Source: Gemmatales bacterium (GTDB taxonomy: Bacteria; Planctomycetota; Planctomycetia; Gemmatales; Gemmataceae). Taken from it: a DNA stretch of 28,632 bases. Of this stretch, positions 22,553 to 28,632 are shown piece after piece. The notes beneath the pieces were generated by a model that made no database searches, was not told the origin of the DNA, and saw nothing but the letters and a program-made list of their open reading frames with translations. The translations under genes were made by a program, and so were the position numbers. The stretch's first letter is position 1. Every line of letters starts with the position of its first letter. The stretch lies in the NCBI GenBank assembly GCA_038221045.1, contig JBBRIK010000001.1, positions 1 to 28,632 on the forward strand, in the 5' to 3' direction.

Positions 22553-25069
22553 ATGAAAATCCCTCTGAGCTGGCTTCGCGATTACGTTGACGTCACCCTT
22601 CCCGTCGAGCAGTTGGCCGTCCGGCTGACGCTCGCCGGACTCGAGGTCGCCGGCATTCGGCCCGTCGGTCTGCCCGTCCCCGAAGGAGTGCGCGTCAAGC
22701 CCGAGGACGCCGGCCCGGTCTGGGAGCGCGACAAGGTCGTCATCGCCGAGGTTCTTGAGGTCGTCAAGCATCCTGACGCCGACAAGCTCAAGTTGCCGCT
22801 CGTCTCGTTCGGGGGCGGCAAGACCAAGCAGCTCCTGACCGGCGCTCCGAACCTTAACGTCGGCGACAAGGGCCAGAAGGTCGTCGTCGGCCTCGCCGGC
22901 ACGACCTACTTCGATGGCCATAGCAAGGACAAGAAGAAGGAACTCAAGGCCCTCAAACCGGCGACGGTACGCGGCATCCTCTCCGACGCGATGGTCATGT
23001 CGCAGTTCGAGTTGGGCATCGCCGACGATCACGAGGGCATCATCCTCCTCGACGAGGATGCCCCGGTGGGGACGCCGTTCGCCGACTACATGGGCGATTT
23101 CGTCCTCGAAATCGACGTGCTGCCCAACATGGCCCGCTGTCTGTCGATGATCGGCATCGCCCGCGAAGTGGCCGCCCTGACGGGACAGACGCTGAGATAT
23201 CCCCCGGCGCTCAGCGGCGTCTCGAACGAGGCCATCGAGGGACAGGTCAAGGTCGTCATCGAGGACCCGGCCCTGTCGGCGCGCTATGCCGCGATGCTGC
23301 TGAAGAGCGTGAAGGTCGGTCCGTCGCCGTACTGGATGAAGCGCCGTCTGACCCTTGCCGGCATGAGGCCCATCAACAACCTCGTCGATGTGACCAATTA
23401 CGTCATGCTCGAATGGGGCCAGCCGCTGCACGCCTTCGATTTCGACAAACTCAGGGAACGCGCCGGCGGCAAGACGCCGGCGATCATCGTCCGGCCCGCG
23501 CGTGCCGGCGAGAAACTGACCACCCTCGATAAGGCCGAGCGAACGCTGGCGGCGGAGAACCTCGTCATCGCCGACGAGAAGGGAGCGATCGCGCTGGCCG
23601 GCGTCATGGGCGGACTCGAAACCGAGGTGACGGAATCAACGAAGCAGGTGCTGCTCGAGTCGGCCAGCTTCCATTTCGTCAGCATTCGGCGAACCTATCG
23701 GGCGATGGATCTGCCGAGCGAGGCGAGCGCGCGTTTCTCGCGCGGCGTCCATCCCGAGATGGTCAAGCCGGCCGCCGAACGCGCCTGCGATCTCATGCGC
23801 CAGTACGGCGGCGCGAGCGTCTGCAAGGGCGTCATCGACGTTTACCCCGCGCCGCTGACTCCGCAAGTCATCGACCTGAAGCTGAGCGAGGTTCGCCGCA
23901 AGCTCGGCATGGACGTCTCGAAAGAGGAAGCGACACGGGTGCTGTCGGCCCTCGAATTCAAGGTTGCGGACGCGGGGGAGGGGACGCTGCGCGTGACCGC
24001 CCCGCCGCATCGCCTCGACATCCAGGAAGGGGAGGCGGACCTCATCGAAGAACTGGCCCGCATTCATGGCTACGATCGCCTGCCGGCCACGCTCATCCGC
24101 GAGGCGCTGCCCGAGCCGGTGGGCAATGCCGCCCTCGAACACGAGGAGCGCATCCGCGATCTGCTGGTCAACGCCGGCCTGCAAGAAGTCGTCACCTATG
24201 CGCTGACGGAGCCAGCCCGCGAGAAGCCGATGGGATTGCCGGAGCGCGAGTACGTCCGCCTGGTCAACCCCATCAGCAGCGAGCGCGTCGTCATGCGGCA
24301 CAGCCTCCTTGCGAGTGTGCTGGAGGTGACGGGGACGAACTTGAAACATGCCGGCGACGTGCGCCTGTTCGAGATTGGCCGGGTCTATCTGCCGTGCACC
24401 AGCGACAAGTTGCCGGACGAACCCTTACGGCTGGCGCTGGCGCTGACGGGCTGGCGTCAGCCGGAGTTCTGGGGCGTGCCGGCGGGAACCGAGCGCCAGC
24501 CGCTCGACTTCTTCGACCTCAAGGGCGTCGTCGAGGGATTGGCCGCCGACCTGCATCTGGCAGACGTGAGCTATCAGCGTTCGGCCGTGCCGTACCTGCA
24601 TCCGGCCCTGGCAGCGGACCTGCTTGTCGGCGGACAGGTGGTTGGCTCCTTCGGCCAGTTGCATCCGCGCACGGCGGAAGCCTACAAGCTCGGAGGCCGG
24701 CCCCTCCTCGCTGGCGAGTTCGACCTCGAAGCGATCCTGAAGGCCGTGCCGGCGCGGTATGCGTATGCGTCGATTTCTCCGTATCCGCCCGCGCTGCGAG
24801 ACGTCGCAGTCATCGTCGATGAGACGGTGACGGCGGAGCAGGTGTTGAAGGAGATTCGCGGCGCCGGCGGAGCGCTCTTGAGCGAGGCGCGTCTGTTCGA
24901 CCTCTACCGGGGCGACAGCATCGCGGCCGGCAAGAAGAGTCTCGCCTACGCGCTGACCTATCAGTCGAACGAGGGAACGCTGAGCGACAAGGAGATCGAC
25001 AAGGTCCACAAGAAGGTCGAGGATCGGCTGAAGCACACCCTCAAGGCATCGATTCGCGGGCAGGAGTGA
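22553..25069 (+). CDS. pheT: Phenylalanine--tRNA ligase beta subunit, 838 aa
   Basis: MKIPLSWLRDYV, KHPDADKL, PNMARCLS, RPINNLVDVTNYVMLEWGQPLHAFD, AGVMGG, LLESASF, DLIEELARIHGY, LFDLYRG, KKSLAY (FDX-ACB). Confidence 0.97.
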   Translation: MKIPLSWLRDYVDVTLPVEQLAVRLTLAGLEVAGIRPVGLPVPEGVRVKPEDAGPVWERDKVVIAEVLEVVKHPDADKLKLPLVSFGGGKTKQLLTGAPNLNVGDKGQKVVVGLAGTTYFDGHSKDKKKELKALKPATVRGILSDAMVMSQFELGIADDHEGIILLDEDAPVGTPFADYMGDFVLEIDVLPNMARCLSMIGIAREVAALTGQTLRYPPALSGVSNEAIEGQVKVVIEDPALSARYAAMLLKSVKVGPSPYWMKRRLTLAGMRPINNLVDVTNYVMLEWGQPLHAFDFDKLRERAGGKTPAIIVRPARAGEKLTTLDKAERTLAAENLVIADEKGAIALAGVMGGLETEVTESTKQVLLESASFHFVSIRRTYRAMDLPSEASARFSRGVHPEMVKPAAERACDLMRQYGGASVCKGVIDVYPAPLTPQVIDLKLSEVRRKLGMDVSKEEATRVLSALEFKVADAGEGTLRVTAPPHRLDIQEGEADLIEELARIHGYDRLPATLIREALPEPVGNAALEHEERIRDLLVNAGLQEVVTYALTEPAREKPMGLPEREYVRLVNPISSERVVMRHSLLASVLEVTGTNLKHAGDVRLFEIGRVYLPCTSDKLPDEPLRLALALTGWRQPEFWGVPAGTERQPLDFFDLKGVVEGLAADLHLADVSYQRSAVPYLHPALAADLLVGGQVVGSFGQLHPRTAEAYKLGGRPLLAGEFDLEAILKAVPARYAYASISPYPPALRDVAVIVDETVTAEQVLKEIRGAGGALLSEARLFDLYRGDSIAAGKKSLAYALTYQSNEGTLSDKEIDKVHKKVEDRLKHTLKASIRGQE

Positions 25070-25099
25070 CCCTCCGCCGCATTCTGGTCCCCGACTACA

Positions 25100-26062
25100 A
25101 TGGGAGCGATGAACGAACCAGCCTCCTGCGATCCCGCCTGTCGCGAAACCTGCACCGCTCCCTGTGCCGCGCCGCTGTCGCCCATCTCGCTGAGCGAGGC
25201 CCAGGAACGCTATCAGCGCGAGGCGGTGCGGGGCGTCTGCGACACGGGCCGCTATCGTTGCCGTTACTACGTCTGGGGTGCAGGGCCGCCGCTGGTCTTC
25301 CTTCAGGGCCTGGCCGACACCAGCGGCGCGTTCCTGCTGCCGATCGCGCACCTGTCGCGCTGGTTCCGCTGCATCGCCTACGATCTGCCAAACGGCCGCG
25401 ATGGCGCTCGTCTGTCGCGCTACACCCATCCCGATCTCGTCGAGGACCTCTGGAGGGTTCTCGATCACGTCGGGGCAAACCAGAGTTACATCTACGCGGC
25501 TTCGTTCGGCTCGACCGTGGCCCTGGCTGCTCTCAAGGCGCGGCCGCAACGGCTGCCGCGCGCCATTCTGCAAGCTCCTGTCGCGTACAAGCCGCTCACC
25601 CGGATCGAGCGCATCTGCGCCTGGCTGCTGTGTCGTCTGCCCGGCACGATGGCTTCGCTGCCCTTGCGCCGGCGTTTCTTGACCTGCCTGCATCACGCAC
25701 CCTTCGCTCATCGTCCGCCGGAGGTCTGGGAACACTTCCTCGCCTTGTCCGGCACCGTCCCCATTCACACGGTCGGCCGGCGGGCGCGGATGCTGGACAG
25801 AATTGACCTGTTCAATGATCTGAGCGAGGTGCGTCAACCGGTGCTGCTGGTGATTGGCGACGGCGATCCGATTGTCAGCCTGCCGGACACGGAAGAGTTG
25901 CTGGAGCGCTTGCCGTCGGCGGGCCGCGCCGTTCTGGAGGAGTGTGGCCACGTTCCGAACTTTACCCATCCCGAGGCGCTGGCCCAGCTTATCCGTCTGT
26001 TCCTGACGCCGCCGGCTCCCTGTCCTGAACACGATGCCCGGATGCATCTCGCGGACTGTTAA
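25100..26062 (+). CDS. Alpha/beta hydrolase, 320 aa
   Basis: PPLVFLQGL oxyanion strand, IAYDLP, nucleophile elbow AASFG, acid GDGDPIV, catalytic His CGHVP. Confidence 0.88.
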   Translation: MGAMNEPASCDPACRETCTAPCAAPLSPISLSEAQERYQREAVRGVCDTGRYRCRYYVWGAGPPLVFLQGLADTSGAFLLPIAHLSRWFRCIAYDLPNGRDGARLSRYTHPDLVEDLWRVLDHVGANQSYIYAASFGSTVALAALKARPQRLPRAILQAPVAYKPLTRIERICAWLLCRLPGTMASLPLRRRFLTCLHHAPFAHRPPEVWEHFLALSGTVPIHTVGRRARMLDRIDLFNDLSEVRQPVLLVIGDGDPIVSLPDTEELLERLPSAGRAVLEECGHVPNFTHPEALAQLIRLFLTPPAPCPEHDARMHLADC

Positions 26063-26238
26063 GTGCGCGTGGAAGATGCGAAGGTTGGTTAGCCGCGACG
26101 CGGAGTCCTCGGAGCGGAGCGCGTGCCGCGATAAGAAATGTGGAAAATTTGTGTTAGTTCCGTTGCAGAGAGATCGTCGCCGGTCGTCTCTAGTCAGTGG
26201 GGAAAGAGTTTGGGGGATGTTTTCTCACGGGACTCGTC

Positions 26239-27789
26239 ATGTCGCAGGATTCGACTAGCACCCCTTCATGGGACGTTGTCGCTGCTGAATTGCGAGCTTA
26301 TCGCGATGAGCAGAAGCAAACGTGGGGCGAACTCGATAGCGCCCTGATTGGTCGTTACCTGGCCGGCGAAGTCAACGACGAGGAACGCACCCAGGTCGAA
26401 GCCTCTCTGCAAGATCATCCCGAACTTCGCGCCCTTACCGAAATCGTCAGCGATGTCCTGTCCGATTGTTCACCAACCGCTCCCATCGAAGTGGAGCCGG
26501 CCCGGCCTCGGATTCTCTCTTTCACCGCCTCGCAGCCGGTTCGCAAGAATCGCTTCCAGCGTTCGCAGCGCCTGTTCGCTCTTGCGGCGGCGGCCTGTCT
26601 GATGCTCGGTCTCGGCATCGTCCTCGACCAGCAGCCCTCCAGCCCGAACAATGCGGGATCGTCCCTGGCCTTCAACTCCATGGAAGGCGACCACAAGTCA
26701 AGGTTGCAGACGTCTCTCAAGCAGCCCACCCCCGTCTCGCAACCGGAAGACGTCGTGGCGCGGGCGAATGACCTGGTCGAGAAGAAGCATTTCGGAGAGG
26801 CCGCTGACGTACTGTTTCTGGCTCCTCCCAGGACGCCCCGGTCGGCGGTTCGCGTGGCCGCTCCCCTCGATCGCGCCCGGAAGCTCAATGAGGCGGTCGT
26901 CAACTTGACGGAGCAGGTCCTGGAAACCATGCCGCCGGCTGACGAGAACGGCCAGAAGAACGACGGCTCCCGCGGCAGCATCTCTGGAATCAAGTTCATG
27001 GCGGCCCCCGAGGGGAAGGAGAATGACAGCGACAAGCGGAACTGGATTCTCTCCAACTCGCTGCCTTATCTCGTCGCCGGCGTCAATCAGCAAGAAGATC
27101 GCAAACTCCAGCGTCGTAGTGCCGACGCTTTGGGACGAATGGGTTCCTACGCCGCCCCGGCCGTCCCTCAGTTGGGCGAGACGCTCCGCAACTCGAATTG
27201 CCCCGTCCAGCAGACTGTTCTGACGGAAGTCTTCAGGCAACTCGGTCCCGAGGCTCGGCCCGCCGCCAAGGACCTCGAGTATGTCGCGGATAAGGCCTGC
27301 AAGGAAGTCCAGACGCTCGCCCGCGAAGCGTTGCTGGCCGTCCGCGTTCCCGACTGGATCGGCATCCGCGACGAAGGCAAGATCCTCGACGTGAAGGTCC
27401 GGGAGCGGCTCAACGCTCGCATCCGCGATCTTTCGCGCCGCCATCACGTCTCCGTCGTCGCCGAGGCGGTCCGCACTCTGCCCGCCAATGCGATGGCGAC
27501 CTACACCGCCGCCAAAAGTGAGGACCAGAAGGCCGCCTATCTGTCGGGCGTCGCTCGCAAACGCGGCAAGGACGTCGGAGCGGAGCGTGGCGTCTATCTG
27601 TTCATCTGCATGGATCCCCCTGCCGTCCAGGTCGCTCTCGGACTCGACGCCCAGGCAGGCAAGCCGCTGGTGGGCGTGGCCGCCGATGCCGTCAAGGATC
27701 GCCTTGAGAAGTCGCTGAAGAAGGGCGATTACGACAAGGGCATCGAAGAAGAAGTCGTGCAGATGATCCAGCAAGTCATCGGGAAGTGA
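26239..27789 (+). CDS. Membrane protein: anti-sigma-like N-terminus, TM helix, HEAT-like repeats, C-terminal TPM-like domain, 516 aa
   Basis: LIGRYLAGEVNDEERTQVEASLQDHPELR (zf-HC2-like without Cys/His ligands); TM LFALAAAACLMLGLGIVL; AADALG-like RSADALGRMG..AAPAVPQL; IRDEGKIL...GVYLFICMDPPAVQV...GDYDKGI (TPM-like). Confidence 0.65.
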   Translation: MSQDSTSTPSWDVVAAELRAYRDEQKQTWGELDSALIGRYLAGEVNDEERTQVEASLQDHPELRALTEIVSDVLSDCSPTAPIEVEPARPRILSFTASQPVRKNRFQRSQRLFALAAAACLMLGLGIVLDQQPSSPNNAGSSLAFNSMEGDHKSRLQTSLKQPTPVSQPEDVVARANDLVEKKHFGEAADVLFLAPPRTPRSAVRVAAPLDRARKLNEAVVNLTEQVLETMPPADENGQKNDGSRGSISGIKFMAAPEGKENDSDKRNWILSNSLPYLVAGVNQQEDRKLQRRSADALGRMGSYAAPAVPQLGETLRNSNCPVQQTVLTEVFRQLGPEARPAAKDLEYVADKACKEVQTLAREALLAVRVPDWIGIRDEGKILDVKVRERLNARIRDLSRRHHVSVVAEAVRTLPANAMATYTAAKSEDQKAAYLSGVARKRGKDVGAERGVYLFICMDPPAVQVALGLDAQAGKPLVGVAADAVKDRLEKSLKKGDYDKGIEEEVVQMIQQVIGK

Positions 27790-27807
27790 AGTCGCTTCCG
27801 CATCAAC

Positions 27808-27839
27808 AGAACCCGCCCTTTGGCGGGTTCTTTCATTTC
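27808..27839 (+). terminator. Intrinsic terminator
   Basis: AGAACCCGCC-CTTT-GGCGGGTTCT followed by TTCATTTC, 18 nt after the stop. Confidence 0.8.
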
Positions 27840-27960
27840 AAGTTGACAGATGCCCTGCTGGAGAAAGGGGAGTCCGTGCAGTGTGGGGGTGCCACTTTGA
27901 GAGAGTTACCTATTCGAGGACGGTGATATTGAGGTAAAATAAGTCAGAGGGAGGGGAACG

Positions 27961-28344
27961 ATGGGGAAGACAAAACTGAGTTCAAAGACGAAGCCTCCGC
28001 CCACGAAAGTGACGATGGGCAAGAAGCCACCGAAGAAAGCCAACGTCGTCGTAAGCCCACCCCCCCTGGACGAGACCGCCCTCCGGGCGATCCCTGGCGT
28101 TCCCGATGAGTCCGTCATCCAGGAAGCGGGAAAACTCCTGAGTGCCGAAGAGAAGCGGGCATTTACCCGAGCGCAGCATCTTCTGGCGGAACACCTTGGC
28201 TCGCAGGCCGCCGCTCGTTTGTGGCTCGTAACTCCTGGGACAGGGTTCAAGACGACGGCTCTGGACGCCGTGCGCGAGGGACAGGCGACCTTGGTGCTCG
28301 CAACCCTCCAGTCGCAGTGGGGCAAGAGTCCGAGTTATGCTTAG
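27961..28344 (+). CDS. Antitoxin with Xre/MbcA/ParS-type C-terminal toxin-binding domain, 127 aa
   Basis: AARLWLVTP...TTALDAVREGQATLVLATL matches the A..WL..P...P/AL.....G....V...L pattern; GGAGGGG RBS; -10 TAAAAT at 27935-40; overlaps a RES gene by 8 nt. Confidence 0.8.
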   Translation: MGKTKLSSKTKPPPTKVTMGKKPPKKANVVVSPPPLDETALRAIPGVPDESVIQEAGKLLSAEEKRAFTRAQHLLAEHLGSQAAARLWLVTPGTGFKTTALDAVREGQATLVLATLQSQWGKSPSYA

Positions 28345-28632
28345 CGCACCGCATCTGGGCGCAGCGATTGCGGGACTTCGTCCCCAGGCCGTCCCCTTGG
28401 CCACCGTGGGCTTCCGCTCCATTCATCTTCAATACTTCGCGAACTTCCGCGCAGCACAGCCTTTATTCACCGCCGGGGGTGGACTGGCGGGAACGAGGTA
28501 TGTCCCGCCGAACGGTCAGCCATCGCTCTATTTGGCGATCGATGCGGATACGGCGCATCGGGAGGGGAATCAATCGTACTATCAGACGGCGAGTACAGTG
28601 GCTGGTCAAGCTCTGATCGTGGCCGGTGCGCT
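28337..28632 (+). CDS. RES-domain toxin (NAD+-targeting family), 5' part only
   Basis: Missing from the track; hand translation MLSAPHLGAAIAGLRPQAVPLATVGFRSIHLQYF...GGGLAGTRYVPPNGQPSLYLAIDADTAHREG..., with FR, G.RY, LYLA and TA..E typical of RES domains. Confidence 0.8.
   Translation, partial: MLSAPHLGAAIAGLRPQAVPLATVGFRSIHLQYFANFRAAQPLFTAGGGLAGTRYVPPNGQPSLYLAIDADTAHREGNQSYYQTASTVAGQALIVAGA

Noticed and set aside
26091-26123. AGCCGCGACGCGGAGTCCTCGGAGCGG as a distinct regulatory element
   Set aside because: Looks like a lone REP-like half sharing 9 nt with 16844-16852; too little evidence to call separately.
22544-27774. Minus-strand ORFs 22544..23431, 24425..26047 and 26698..27774
   Set aside because: Shadows of pheT, the hydrolase and the anti-sigma-like gene.
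27843-27848. Perfect TTGACA upstream of the TA pair
   Set aside because: No -10-like hexamer 16-18 nt downstream; TAAAAT at 27935 is the better promoter candidate.
1-28632. tRNA, rRNA, integrase or transposase
   Set aside because: No cloverleaf or T-loop pattern, rRNA signature or recombinase motif seen by eye; tRNAscan-SE and HMM searches were not run.

Overview
A GC-rich bacterial chromosome segment, most likely a planctomycete of the Gemmataceae type (inferred from protein families and repeat types, not database-checked). Left end, minus strand: a phosphate-starvation locus ordered pstS - fused pstC/pstA - phoR-like kinase - pstB (partial), with matching 11-bp-periodic Pho-box-like promoters before pstS and pstB, and a GGDEF-PilZ gene upstream. 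Middle: small accessory genes, a redoxin/cytochrome c/copper-monooxygenase-like fusion, an NlpI-like TPR protein, a 29-Cys exported protein, recJ, aroC (carrying an in-frame palindromic repeat), a small basic protein, a truncated gene and an M28 peptidase. Right: infC (ATT start, structured leader) - rpmI - rplT - pheS - [two-gene insert whose second gene is a decayed HEPN-motif gene] - pheT, an alpha/beta hydrolase, an anti-sigma-like/HEAT/TPM membrane protein and an Xre/MbcA-RES toxin-antitoxin pair cut by the right edge. Several families of REP/REPIN-like palindromes and heptamer tandem repeats fill the intergenic spaces. I saw no tRNA, rRNA, CRISPR array, integrase or transposase. All family assignments come from motifs read by eye; no searches were run.
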